A stretch of DNA of 64,000 nucleotides from Eubacteriales bacterium (GTDB lineage: Bacteria; Bacillota; Clostridia; Oscillospirales; SIG627): assembly GCA_045543495.1 (NCBI GenBank), contig JAZQMO010000053.1:9020-73019 (forward strand), written 5' to 3'. The position numbers and the translations under genes are program-made. Below, in pieces: positions 27,801 through 38,531 of this stretch. The notes under the pieces were generated by a model that was not told the origin of the DNA, searched no databases, and was given only the letters and a program-made list of their open reading frames with translations. Each line of letters begins with the position of its first letter. Position 1 is the first letter of the stretch.

Positions 27801-28428
27801 GCACATCGTTCGTGGCTACAAGTGGAATGTCAAGCTTTTTGGAAAGGGCTGCAAGAGCGGAATTGACCTTCAGCTGCTCGGGAATCCCGTGATCCTGAAG
27901 CTCCAGATAAAAGCGCTCCTTGCCGAAAATGGATCGCATTTCACGGGCGTGCTCCTCGGCAAGGGGGAGATTGCCCGAAAGGATCAACTGGGGAATTTTT
28001 CCCGCAAGGCAGGCAGAGAGGGCAATGAGCCCCTCGCTGTGCTTTTGCAGCAGATCCATATCGATTCGGGGCTTCTGATAAAAGCCCTCGGTGAAGGAGG
28101 CCGTCACAAGCCGGATCAAGTTTTGATACCCCGTTTGGTTTTCGCACAGGAGCACCAGGTGATAATACTCCCGATCCACTCCCGCTTCCTTTTGCTCCAT
28201 TTTGCGAGGGGCAAGATAAACCTCACACCCGATAATGGGGTGGATCCCCTCGGCCTTTGCAGCTTTATAAAAAGAAACGGCACCGTACAGTACACCGTGG
28301 TCGGTTATGGCAACCGACCTCTGTCTCAATTCCTTTGCGCGCTGAAAAAGCCTGTCGATGCGACAAGCACCGTCCAGAAGAGAATATTCTGTGTGAAGGT
28401 GAAGGTGAACAAAATCTTCTCGTTCCAT
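24898..28428 (-). CDS. dnaE: DNA polymerase III alpha subunit (DnaE type)
   Basis: 1176 aa from ATG 28428 (MEREDFVHLHLHTEYSLLDGA..., PHP domain). The alternative TTG start at 28446 lies next to the TTGACA box of the divergent promoter. Confidence 0.9.
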   Translation of the reverse strand: MEREDFVHLHLHTEYSLLDGACRIDRLFQRAKELRQRSVAITDHGVLYGAVSFYKAAKAEGIHPIIGCEVYLAPRKMEQKEAGVDREYYHLVLLCENQTGYQNLIRLVTASFTEGFYQKPRIDMDLLQKHSEGLIALSACLAGKIPQLILSGNLPLAEEHAREMRSIFGKERFYLELQDHGIPEQLKVNSALAALSKKLDIPLVATNDVHYLNREDAKSHDVLLCIQTGKTLEDQDRMKFETDEFYLKSAEEMAALFPKHPEAIQNTVKIAERCQFDFDFTKAHLPVYKNDLGLSSAEYLRKAAFAGLERRILENGIRDKTEYVKRLEYELETVEKMGFCDYFLIVSDFVSFAKKSGIYVGPGRGSGAGSLAAWCLDITELDPLRSGLIFERFLNPERVSMPDFDIDFCMARRHEVIEYVTEKYGKDHVSQIVTFSTMASRAAVRDVGRVLGIPYAEVDRIVKKIPRLPDMTLEKALREDHDLALLCATGKAAEMMRIAKILEGMPRNASIHAAGVVLTDQPVSSYVPLAVNTGSKVTQFTMNEIADLGLLKIDFLGLRYLTIIRDAVEEIRKKDPEFDIHGIPLDDADTFEMISRGETAGMFQIESSGMKALMLQMKPRSVEDITAAIALYRPGPMDSIPRFLENRRLGKSAHSVKAVSDILEGTHGCIVYQEQVMEICRKLAGYSFGRADIVRKAMSKKNREVMAKERESFLFGDKSGKGAYEGAVARGLSLAEAEKVFDEMAEFAKYAFNKSHAAAYALLSYRTAYLKCKYPEEYMAAILTSQLDSDKYSYYFSECQRMGIAILGPHINESQYSFSVSQKTLRFGFVGIKNVGEALIENIFAERKKGPFTSLRDFVERLRGAGLNKKAVQSLVLSGAMDCFGIARSRLFAAVDPLLDSARDAGRSVMPGQLSLFDTGFEPVKNTVETEYPDIPEFTREELLRGEKSVCGVYLSGHPLKDYEPLTKKLGAQEILSFRTEPERYRDGDRVTLLCLVDHITLKQVKSGEKMAFLQGEDQTGICEIVLFPKVLARVSSLLEENTPIVVFGRINTKDEEIKILADDITLPADALQKEEYFRKKEAGREQGENKSLRKTEEILNLSTVSKLFLRFPKKGSKIEKQAMALLRIFPGTLPCYFYYEDTEKLFRVDGASCQLTGRVYDELVLLLGKENVGLK

Positions 28429-28439
28429 AGGGAAATCCT

Positions 28440-28468
28440 TTGACAAAAGAGTGAATTTGTACTATAAT
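28440..28468 (+). promoter_or_regulatory. consensus sigma-A promoter for the thioesterase-tgt operon
   Basis: TTGACA (28440-28445), 17 nt, TATAAT (28463-28468). Confidence 0.55.
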
Positions 28469-28550
28469 GTGCCCAGGTTCTGCATATCTATCTAAATTTA
28501 ACTTATTATATCATATTCTTTTGCAAATTACAACCTATTTCGGAGTTTCT

Positions 28551-30403
<1,853 letters not shown>

Positions 30404-30412
30404 GGAGCAAAT

Positions 30413-31579
30413 ATGGAACACACCGTTGAGCTTGTTGCCACCTGTCTTTTCGGGCTTGAAAAGTATTTGGGCGAGGAAATTGACGATCTGGGCTATGAAA
30501 GAATCAGTACCATTGACGGAAGAGTGACCTTCCGAGGCCCCCTTTCCGCCATCGCCCGCTCCAATCTGTTTTTGCGCTTTGCGGAGAAGGTGTTTATCCT
30601 GATGGGTTCCTTTCCCGCCACAAGCTTTGAGGAATTGTTTCAGGGCGTGAAAAGTCTGGAGTGGGAAAACTGGATCGGCCCCGATGATTCCTTCCCCGTA
30701 AAGGGCCACTCGGTTCGCTCGGAATTAAAAAGTATTCCCGACTGCCAAAGCATTGTGAAAAAGGCGGTGGTGGATCGCTTGTCCGGGGAATACGGCATCT
30801 CTTGGTTTTCCGAGGAGGGGGCAAGGGTTCAGATCGAATTTTTCCTCCTCAACGACAAGGCCTGGCTTCTCATTGATACCTCGGGGGCTCCCCTGTATAA
30901 AAGAGGGTATCGGGTCAGTGCGGGAGAGGCCCCCATTCGTGAGACCTTGGCCGCCGCCCTTTGCCGCATCGCCCGCCCAAGAGAGGATGTCCTGTTTTGG
31001 GATCCCTTCTGCGGCAGCGGTACCATCCCCATTGAAGCGGCCATGCGTATGAATCGCATCGCTCCCGGGATTCGCCGCTCCTTTGCCGCCGAGGATTTTC
31101 TGGATCTTCCCGAATCCATTTGGAAACAGGCGAGAGAAGAGGCAAAGGATCTTGAGATCAAATCCGACTTTGAAGCCTTCGCCAGCGATATTTCCCCTGA
31201 AATGGTGGAGATCGCCAAGGCCAATGCCGCCTCAGCGGGAGTTTCTCACGCCATTCGCTTCTTCCCCAAAAACGCATTGGGAATTGAGACTCACGGCAGG
31301 AGAGGGACCATTGTCTGCAATCCACCCTACGGAGAAAGACTTTCTTCTCAGGAGGAGGCCTTTCATTTGTACTCGGCCATGGGCGCCCACTGGAAAAAAC
31401 TGGATTCCTGGCAGATCTATGTGATCACCTCGGATGAAAATTTTCAGTCTCATTACGGCCGCCGTGCCGACAATGTCAGAAAGCTGTATAACGGAATGCT
31501 CAAGTGCTTCTACTATCAGTTTTTCAAGCCCCAAAAGCCCAACTTCAAAAAAGAAGGCTTTGTGAAAAAATTCAAATAG
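30413..31579 (+). CDS. THUMP-domain class I SAM-dependent RNA methyltransferase (UPF0020/RlmL-like)
   Basis: 388 aa. SAM motif DPFCGSGTIPIEAA and catalytic NPPYG (VCNPPYGERL). Confidence 0.75.
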   Translation: MEHTVELVATCLFGLEKYLGEEIDDLGYERISTIDGRVTFRGPLSAIARSNLFLRFAEKVFILMGSFPATSFEELFQGVKSLEWENWIGPDDSFPVKGHSVRSELKSIPDCQSIVKKAVVDRLSGEYGISWFSEEGARVQIEFFLLNDKAWLLIDTSGAPLYKRGYRVSAGEAPIRETLAAALCRIARPREDVLFWDPFCGSGTIPIEAAMRMNRIAPGIRRSFAAEDFLDLPESIWKQAREEAKDLEIKSDFEAFASDISPEMVEIAKANAASAGVSHAIRFFPKNALGIETHGRRGTIVCNPPYGERLSSQEEAFHLYSAMGAHWKKLDSWQIYVITSDENFQSHYGRRADNVRKLYNGMLKCFYYQFFKPQKPNFKKEGFVKKFK

Positions 31580-31583
31580 AAGA

Positions 31584-31613
31584 AAAATGCCCGACCGAAG
31601 TCGGGCGTTTTTT
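31584..31613. terminator. bidirectional intrinsic terminator
   Basis: GCCCGAC-cgaa-GTCGGGC with A and T flanks, between convergent genes. Confidence 0.65.
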
Positions 31614-33349
31614 TATGCTTCCTTGAAAATTTCGTCGTCCTCTCTGAACTGCTGATTGTAGAGTCTTTGATACATACCGCCAAGGGATAGAAGCTCGTCG
31701 TGAGTGCCTTGCTCCAGAATTTTTCCCTCTGCAATGACGGCGATCTCGTGAGCGTTTTTGATGGTAGACAGTCTATGGGCAACCACCAGAGTGGTTCTGC
31801 CCACACAAAGCTCATCCAGTGCCTTTTGGATCAAGATCTCCGTGGTGTTATCCAGCGCACTGGTGGCCTCGTCCAAAATGAGAATGGGCGGGTTTTTCAA
31901 AAAGACTCGGGCAATGCAAAGCCGTTGCTTCTGTCCTCCCGAAAGGCGAACGCCGCGCTCACCGATGACCGTGTCATATCCGTTTTCCAAGCTCATAATA
32001 TAATCGTGAATATTGGCTCGCTTGGCGGCCTCGATCACCTCCTCGCGGGTGGCGCTGAGCCTGCCGTAAAGAATGTTTTCGTAAATGGAAGCGTTAAAGA
32101 GGTAAACATCCTGCTGCACGATACCGATATTCTTTCGTACCGATTCTCTTGTGAGGGCGCTGAGCTCTTTTCCGTCTAAATAAATACCGCCTTCCCGAAT
32201 CGGGTAGAAATTGGGGATCAGGTGGCAAATGGTGGTCTTGCCGCCGCCGCTGGGGCCTACCAAGGCGTAGGTCTTACCCTTTTCCACCTTCAGGTCAATG
32301 CCGTGGAGAACATCGGGGCCGTCATCGTATCCGCTGACCACACCTCGAAATTCAATTTCTCCCTCCAATACCCCTGCATCCTCTGCCTCAGGCAGATCCG
32401 ATTCGGGCTTGGTATCCAAAACCGCAAGAAAGCGCTCAAAGCCCGCAACGCCGTTTTGATATTGTTCCATAAAGCGGATCAGGGTGTTGACGGGGTTTAA
32501 GAACAAACTAATGGATACAATAAAGGCGGAATAATCCGCAAAATCAATTTCCCCCGCATACAGGAAGATACCCCCTGCAATGAGCACCACCACGTTGAAT
32601 ACATCGGTGATAAAGCTGGTGGAGGAATGGAAGGTTGCCATGGCACGGTAGGCATCACGGCTGGAGGAAACAAAATCCTCGTTTCCGTCCTCAAATTTTT
32701 CCTGCTCTCTGTCGGCATTGGTGAATGCCTTTGTCACTCGGATCCCCGCAATACTGCTTTGCAGAGCCCCGTTGATCTTGGCCATAGCCTCTCGGTTTCG
32801 CTGGAACGCCGAGCGCATTTTGCTTCGTGTAAAGGCACTGACCAAAATCAAAAGAGGAACACAGGCAAAAACGATCAGAGATAAGCGCCAATCAATGGTG
32901 GCAAGATAGGTAAAGGAAACAAGAATGGAAATGGAGCAAATGATCACGTTTTCGGGGCCGTGATGTGCAAGCTCCGAAATATCCCTCAGATCGTTTGTCA
33001 GCCTCGACATGATCTTTCCTGTCTCGTTGGCATCAAAATAGGAGTAGGGAAGCTTCTCCAAATGAGAAAACAGATCGCTTCGCATGGTGGCCTGCATCCG
33101 AACACCCATAATGTGGCCCTTGTACTGAATAAAGTAGTTCAGAGCCAGGCGGATCCCATACAGCGCCAGAAGGCAAAGTCCGAAGATCACGATCATTTTC
33201 CATTTTTGGTTGGGGATCAGATCGTTGAGCATGGTACGGGTCACCATAGGGTAAACCACGCCCACCAAGGCCACCAAAAGGGAGGCCAGCATATCCAGTG
33301 TGAAAATCAGCTTGTGGGGCTTATAATAAGAAAAAAAACGTTTTAACAT
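31613..33349 (-). CDS. ABC exporter, fused permease/ATPase (MsbA/type I exporter family)
   Basis: 578 aa. Six N-terminal TMs, Walker A GPSGGGKTT, signature LSGGQKQRLCIAR, Walker B ILILDEATSALD. Confidence 0.85.
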   Translation of the reverse strand: MLKRFFSYYKPHKLIFTLDMLASLLVALVGVVYPMVTRTMLNDLIPNQKWKMIVIFGLCLLALYGIRLALNYFIQYKGHIMGVRMQATMRSDLFSHLEKLPYSYFDANETGKIMSRLTNDLRDISELAHHGPENVIICSISILVSFTYLATIDWRLSLIVFACVPLLILVSAFTRSKMRSAFQRNREAMAKINGALQSSIAGIRVTKAFTNADREQEKFEDGNEDFVSSSRDAYRAMATFHSSTSFITDVFNVVVLIAGGIFLYAGEIDFADYSAFIVSISLFLNPVNTLIRFMEQYQNGVAGFERFLAVLDTKPESDLPEAEDAGVLEGEIEFRGVVSGYDDGPDVLHGIDLKVEKGKTYALVGPSGGGKTTICHLIPNFYPIREGGIYLDGKELSALTRESVRKNIGIVQQDVYLFNASIYENILYGRLSATREEVIEAAKRANIHDYIMSLENGYDTVIGERGVRLSGGQKQRLCIARVFLKNPPILILDEATSALDNTTEILIQKALDELCVGRTTLVVAHRLSTIKNAHEIAVIAEGKILEQGTHDELLSLGGMYQRLYNQQFREDDEIFKEA

Positions 33350-33363
33350 AAATTTTCCTCATA

Positions 33364-33393
33364 AAAAATCCCCTTGGTTAGAAGGGGATTTTT
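33364..33393. terminator. intrinsic terminator downstream of the PRT gene
   Basis: AAAAATCCCCTT-ggttag-AAGGGGATTTTT. Confidence 0.6.
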
Positions 33394-33401
33394 GACAATT
33401 C

Positions 33402-33965
33402 TTAACCGATGATTTTTCCTTCTGCGTTGAAAAGAGGGAGCTTCTCCAAATAAACAAGATCCTTTCTTGCTTGGGCATCACCCTCGGCGAGAATGGCGCA
33501 TCTTCCCGATACGATGCCGCCTGCCTTCTCCACCAGCGCCTCCAATGCACGCAGAGATTCTCCGGTGGAGATCACATCGTCCACCAAAAGGATCTTTTTG
33601 CCTCGGATCAGCTCGGCATCGGCCGTATCCAGATACAGGGTCTGCTCCTTGGCGGTGGTAATGGATTTTACGCTTACCTCAAACACACCCGTCATATAAA
33701 GCTTGGGTGCCTTTCTGGCGAGAAAATATTTTTTTGCTCCGCTCTGGCGGGCCATTTCGTGGATCAAAGGAATTCCCTTGGCCTCGGCGGTCATCATATA
33801 GTCGTACTCGTAGGGAACCTTGTCAAGCAGCGCTTTCGCGGCGGCCACGGTCAATTCCTGATCTCCGAAAATCACGAATCCCGCAATGTAAAGGGAATCG
33901 TTCACACGGCAGATGGGGAGGGCTCTGTCAAGCCCTGCAATGTTCATATTATGGTATAACTGCAT
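33402..33965 (-). CDS. phosphoribosyltransferase family protein (adenine/purine PRT-like)
   Basis: 187 aa. PRPP-binding motif ILLVDDVISTGESL. Substrate not assignable. Confidence 0.7.
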   Translation of the reverse strand: MQLYHNMNIAGLDRALPICRVNDSLYIAGFVIFGDQELTVAAAKALLDKVPYEYDYMMTAEAKGIPLIHEMARQSGAKKYFLARKAPKLYMTGVFEVSVKSITTAKEQTLYLDTADAELIRGKKILLVDDVISTGESLRALEALVEKAGGIVSGRCAILAEGDAQARKDLVYLEKLPLFNAEGKIIG

Positions 33966-34118
33966 CTTTTCTTCTCCTTATATAAGTACCATTTTCCATT
34001 ATAAAACAAGAGAGGAGCTTCGTCAAGAAAAATCAAAAAACTTGTGCATTTTCTCTTGACATTGAATGAAAAAACTGATAACATAGATTTAGAAACTAAA
34101 TGACGAGGAGCGAATATT

Positions 34119-34784
34119 TTGAAAGAAAAAATTACCCTGCCGTCTTATACCCGCTCAGAGGAGCGATGCAATATGGTCACCCACATCGTAGGGGGCGGCT
34201 TTGGAATCATTGCTCTTGTCCTTTGTCTGATCCGTGCTGTGTTTCACGGGGATGTTTGGGGAGCGGTCTGTGCCTCTGTTTACGGCGTTTCCATCATTCT
34301 TCTGTTTACTATGTCAAGCATTTATCACGGGCTTGTTCCCATCAAGGCCAAGAAGGTATTTCGAGTGATCGATCATTGCACCATCTATCTTCTCATTGCG
34401 GGAACCTATACTCCCATTGTGCTGGTGGCCATTCGTCAAATCGCTCCCGTTATGGCTTGGATCATTTTCGGTATTGTCTGGGCCTCGGCTATCGTTGCCA
34501 TCACCCTGACCGCCATTGATATGCACCGCTTTCGTGTTTTTTCCATGGTGGCCTATCTTGCCATGGGCTGGTGTGTGCTCATTTGCTTGAAGGATGCCAT
34601 TCGGGCCGTGGGAGGCACGGGAATGCTTCTGATCTTCATCGGCGGAGTGCTGTATACCATCGGCGCCGTGATCTATATGATCGGCAAGAAAAAAAAGCTG
34701 GAATATGCCCACTCCGTGTTCCACGTTTTCGTTCTCCTTGCCTGCATTCTCCACTTTGTAGCGATCTTTCTCTATGTTTTATAA
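34119..34784 (+). CDS. hemolysin III / PAQR family membrane protein
   Basis: 221 aa, TTG start after GAGGAG. EERCNMVTH, SSIYHG and HCTIYLLIAGTYTP with 7 TMs are typical of the family. Confidence 0.8.
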   Translation: MKEKITLPSYTRSEERCNMVTHIVGGGFGIIALVLCLIRAVFHGDVWGAVCASVYGVSIILLFTMSSIYHGLVPIKAKKVFRVIDHCTIYLLIAGTYTPIVLVAIRQIAPVMAWIIFGIVWASAIVAITLTAIDMHRFRVFSMVAYLAMGWCVLICLKDAIRAVGGTGMLLIFIGGVLYTIGAVIYMIGKKKKLEYAHSVFHVFVLLACILHFVAIFLYVL

Positions 34785-34791
34785 TCTTCAA

Positions 34792-34823
34792 AAATTATAA
34801 TCCGCACAAATTATAATCCGCAC
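34792..34823. repeat. exact 16-bp tandem duplication
   Basis: AAATTATAATCCGCAC occurs twice back to back (34792-34807 and 34808-34823). Confidence 0.9.
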
Positions 34824-34824
34824 A

Positions 34825-34854
34825 AAAAAGATCCCCGATTTGGGGATCTTTTTT
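34825..34854. terminator. bidirectional intrinsic terminator
   Basis: AAAAGATCCCC-gattt-GGGGATCTTTT between convergent genes. Confidence 0.7.
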
Positions 34855-34859
34855 GTGCT

Positions 34860-36239
34860 TTAAGTTTTAATTTCGGGAAGCCCTGCCGCGGCTACGCTCT
34901 GTCCCACACGGCGACTGTTTTCATCGGGAAGATGAAGCTTGATTGCCAAATGAGGGTATTCCTCCCGCAAGACTCTTTGACAAGACTCTATTAGGGCTTC
35001 TCCGCCCTTGCCGCTGGTGACACGGCCCAAAAGAAGCAGATGACGGATCTTGTAGATCTTGGCGTAAAGAGGGAGGGTGTGACCTAAATAAACGCCGATG
35101 GAGCGGAAAATATCAAGGGCTCTTTCGTTTCCGTTTTCAATTTCCTTTTGCACTGCCTTCAGCTTTTCGGCAGGGGAGAGGGAAGCATCCAAGCCGATTC
35201 CCGCTTTGGCGGCAAGCTTGATGACACCGTCCTGTGAAAAATACTTCACGCCGCAGCCCATATCACCGCTCCACTCGTCAACCATAGCATCGGGATTGGC
35301 ATCAACGGGAGCAAAGGCAAGTTCATTCAGCCAGCCCGTAATGTTCCCGTTTTCGTCCACGTAACCGGCGGCCTCGCTGGTACCCATGGCAATACCGAGC
35401 ACGGCGTTGTCCTTTAATTCCATGGCCCCTGCCAGAGCGGTCACATCTCCATCGTTTGCCACCAAGAGGGGAACCTCGCCGATCTCTTTTCCCGCACGGA
35501 TATAAATATCCTTCACCTTTTTGTCAAAATCCTCGGGAGAGACCTTCAAAAAGAGGGAAGCCAGGCGAGTGCGATTGTCTACAAAGATTCCTGCCGAGCT
35601 GATGCCGATGGCATCCACACGGGGCATTTTGGAGGCGGCGGTTCGGAAGGCCTCTACAATCCCTTGAAAATGGTAATCGGGATCAGAATTGGTTTTGGGA
35701 AACCAAACCACCTCCTCGGAATACACGGCCTTCCCGTCGATCACGGCGCTGACCTTGCGGTCGCTCCCGCCTGCATCAAAGCCGATGCGGCATCCGTCAA
35801 GATGGCCTCCCACAGCCATTGCCTCATCCTTTTCCTCGGGCTTTTGGGAATAGGGAAGGTGCTTTACGGCAAAGGGAGTCTCGTAAACGTTCCCCATGGT
35901 CTCAAAGTCAAATTTCCGCTCGCCGCTTGCGGCATAAACGGATCGGATCGCTTCAAACACCCTCTTGTTTCCGCAAACGGTGATCTCAAATCCTCCCTTT
36001 GCCCACAAAAGGAACTTGATCTTTCGTTCAATATAGTAGCAGTCTGCCTCAAGGTGCTCCTCGTCCCCGTGAATGAAGGTATCCACCAAGGCAGTTTTGC
36101 CGTCATTTCGTTTTATGGCGATGGCAATGGGCTCCTCGGCACCCTTCAAAAACTCCTCCTCCCAGCGGTACAGGGGAAGAAAATCGGGGTCTAAAACAGG
36201 CTTGTTTTTCAGTTCTACACAGATTCCGTAGCGCTTCAT
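34860..36239 (-). CDS. ROK/ASKHA-type sugar kinase-like protein with an extra N-terminal domain
   Basis: 459 aa. FDAGGSDRK, VANDGDVTALAG and GIAMGTSEAAGY resemble ROK kinase phosphate and adenosine motifs. ATGA overlap with the nagA stop. Confidence 0.55.
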   Translation of the reverse strand: MKRYGICVELKNKPVLDPDFLPLYRWEEEFLKGAEEPIAIAIKRNDGKTALVDTFIHGDEEHLEADCYYIERKIKFLLWAKGGFEITVCGNKRVFEAIRSVYAASGERKFDFETMGNVYETPFAVKHLPYSQKPEEKDEAMAVGGHLDGCRIGFDAGGSDRKVSAVIDGKAVYSEEVVWFPKTNSDPDYHFQGIVEAFRTAASKMPRVDAIGISSAGIFVDNRTRLASLFLKVSPEDFDKKVKDIYIRAGKEIGEVPLLVANDGDVTALAGAMELKDNAVLGIAMGTSEAAGYVDENGNITGWLNELAFAPVDANPDAMVDEWSGDMGCGVKYFSQDGVIKLAAKAGIGLDASLSPAEKLKAVQKEIENGNERALDIFRSIGVYLGHTLPLYAKIYKIRHLLLLGRVTSGKGGEALIESCQRVLREEYPHLAIKLHLPDENSRRVGQSVAAAGLPEIKT

Positions 36240-37318
36240 GCTTCATACCTCTTTCCTGCAATGAAAACTTGATCGATGGTCATATCCTCCTCGACCGAAA
36301 TAAGATCCGCATCGTAACCGACCTGAATTTTGCCACGCTTTAAGCCCAAAAGACGGGCAGGGGTTTCGGTGGCCATTTTCACTGCTTCATCAAAATCGAT
36401 CCCCATTTTTACGGCACAGCAAACGCAGTGCCACAGGGTGGAGCCGGAGCCTGCAAGGGTATCGGTTCCGTCCAGATATACCGCCCCGTTTCTGACCTTT
36501 ACCGCAATGCCGCCGGATTCCGATACCGTTCCCTCGGTAAGACCCGCAGGGCGGATGGCATCGCTGATCAAAGTCAGCCTGTCACTGCCGAACATTTTGT
36601 ATGCGGCCAAAACACTTGCCTTATGAATGTGAACTCCGTCGCAAATGATCTGCGCCCAGATCCCCTTTTCCGAAGCCGCCCCGATGGGGCCGGGCTTGCG
36701 GTGATGAAGAGGCTGCATGGCGTTGAAGGTGTGTGTGAGACATTTCGCTCCGTTTTCAATGGCCTCAATTGCCGTGTCATAATCGGCATCGGTGTGCCCT
36801 AAGGAGGCGATCACTCCCTCTGCGGAAATGCGGCGGATAAATTCCATACTGCCCGCCTGCTCGGGGGCAACGGTGATCATTTTCACATTGCCGAACTTCT
36901 TGAATTCCTCATAGTCGGGCGCCTTGATGAAAGCTTCGTTTTGAGCTCCCTTGTATTTGGGAGAAATATAAGGCCCCTCCAAATGAAAGCCGTGGATTCT
37001 GGTGCCGGGATGATCGGTTTTTTTGTGAGTCACCTCAATTAGGGTTTCGGTGTCCATGGTCATGGTGGTGGGAAGCCAGGTGGTGGTGCCGTTTTTAGCC
37101 AAAAAATCGCACATGGGGGCAAAGTCGCCGTCCAGTGTATCCATACCGATACAGCCGTGTGCGTGCACCTCAATAAGGCCGGGGATCACCCTTCTTCCGT
37201 CGGCATCGACTCCGCAAAGGCCTTTTTCGCAGTTGATATCGGCAATGATTCCATCTTCGATGATGATGTTTTGTATCCTGCCCTTAATGTTTGCATTTTT
37301 AATTACGGTTTGGCTCAT
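36236..37318 (-). CDS. nagA: N-acetylglucosamine-6-phosphate deacetylase
   Basis: 360 aa from ATG 37318 (MSQTVIKNANIKGR...). Amidohydrolase motifs IEVHAHG, HLEGP and THTFNAM. Confidence 0.85.
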   Translation of the reverse strand: MSQTVIKNANIKGRIQNIIIEDGIIADINCEKGLCGVDADGRRVIPGLIEVHAHGCIGMDTLDGDFAPMCDFLAKNGTTTWLPTTMTMDTETLIEVTHKKTDHPGTRIHGFHLEGPYISPKYKGAQNEAFIKAPDYEEFKKFGNVKMITVAPEQAGSMEFIRRISAEGVIASLGHTDADYDTAIEAIENGAKCLTHTFNAMQPLHHRKPGPIGAASEKGIWAQIICDGVHIHKASVLAAYKMFGSDRLTLISDAIRPAGLTEGTVSESGGIAVKVRNGAVYLDGTDTLAGSGSTLWHCVCCAVKMGIDFDEAVKMATETPARLLGLKRGKIQVGYDADLISVEEDMTIDQVFIAGKRYEA

Positions 37319-37513
37319 TGATCGATCTCTTTTCTTTTTCTTGTTAAGAAGAGTATACCATACTTTCTCCCGCTTTGGAAGAGGAAAAATTGGTAGATTT
37401 GCACATTTTCTTTTGCATTTTTCAGTAAAATAATCAATTGCTTTTTTTGCCAAAATACGATATGATAGCATCAGAAGGTTTTGAATGGATCGAAATCTTA
37501 TTGGAGGAAGCAA

Positions 37514-38416
37514 ATGGAGTACAAAAAGACTGTATTGAGAAGGGAATTCCATGTGGACGATGTCATATCCGTCCACTATTTCGAATATACCGTGGATTTT
37601 GCCTTTTCCGGAGAATTGCATGATTTTTGGGAATTTGTTTACGCCGATAAGAACGAGCTTGTGATCACCGCCGATACCAAGCAGGTCATTCTGCCGCAGG
37701 GAAGTATGTTCCTCCATAAGCCCATGGAATTTCATAATGTGCGGGGAAATGGGCAAAATGCACCCAATTCCGTCATTGTTTCCTTTTCCTCCGATTGTAA
37801 GGAGCTTTATGATATTGCAGGCCGTGCCTTGGCCTGTAACGAAGCGGAAAAATCCCTGATGGCGGGCATTATTACCGAAACCGCCAACGCCTTTGTCACT
37901 CCCCTGGGCGACCCTTATACCGAGGAGCTGATTCGGAGGGAGGACTCCGTCTTTGGCTGTGAACAGCTGATCTTAATGCGATTGGAATCCCTCTTCATTT
38001 CTCTTATCCGTCGCTATCAGAATAACGAGCTTTGCGAAAGTCTGGATGAGAAGGATGCCACCAAGCGCAGGAAGGATGAGGTCAGGCTTCGTCAGATCTG
38101 CAGCTTTATGCTGGATCATGTAGAGAGCGAGCTTACCTCCCGTGATATTCAAAAGCAATTTTTTATTTCGGAATCCAGCCTTCAAAAGCTGTTTCAGCAT
38201 AAGGTGGGTTGCGGCGCCATTCAGCATTTCCAAAGAATGAAGATCGACCGTGCCAAGGAATTGATCCGAGAAAAGAAACTGAACTTTTCCGAAATCTCCG
38301 AGCGCCTTTCCTTTTCCTCCATTCATTATTTTTCCAGGCGCTTTAAGGCGATCACGGGAATGACCCCGTCGGAATACGCCGCCAGTGTAAAATCCTTCGT
38401 CCAATTCAGAGACTAA
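37514..38416 (+). CDS. AraC family transcriptional regulator
   Basis: 300 aa from ATG 37514 after GGAGGA. C-terminal dual HTH ...SSIHYFSRRFKAITGMTPSEY. Divergent from nagA. Confidence 0.8.
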   Translation: MEYKKTVLRREFHVDDVISVHYFEYTVDFAFSGELHDFWEFVYADKNELVITADTKQVILPQGSMFLHKPMEFHNVRGNGQNAPNSVIVSFSSDCKELYDIAGRALACNEAEKSLMAGIITETANAFVTPLGDPYTEELIRREDSVFGCEQLILMRLESLFISLIRRYQNNELCESLDEKDATKRRKDEVRLRQICSFMLDHVESELTSRDIQKQFFISESSLQKLFQHKVGCGAIQHFQRMKIDRAKELIREKKLNFSEISERLSFSSIHYFSRRFKAITGMTPSEYAASVKSFVQFRD

Positions 38417-38529
38417 AAAAACAGCAACCGATTGTGGCACCCTCCGTAAGGAAGGTGCCACAGTTACATTTTGCATAGAAAACGGAGACTACTTCTTTAC
38501 GAAGTGTCTCCGTTTCGGTTGCTTTTTTG
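38417..38529. terminator. composite bidirectional terminator (two hairpins enclosed by an outer 8-bp helix)
   Basis: Outer helix AGCAACCG (38423-30) / CGGTTGCT (38516-23). Hairpin 1 TGTGGCACC (38433-41) / GGTGCCACA (38454-62). Hairpin 2 ACGGAGAC (38482-89) / GTCTCCGT (38506-13). A-run on the left and T-run on the right. Confidence 0.6.
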
Positions 38530-38531
38530 TC

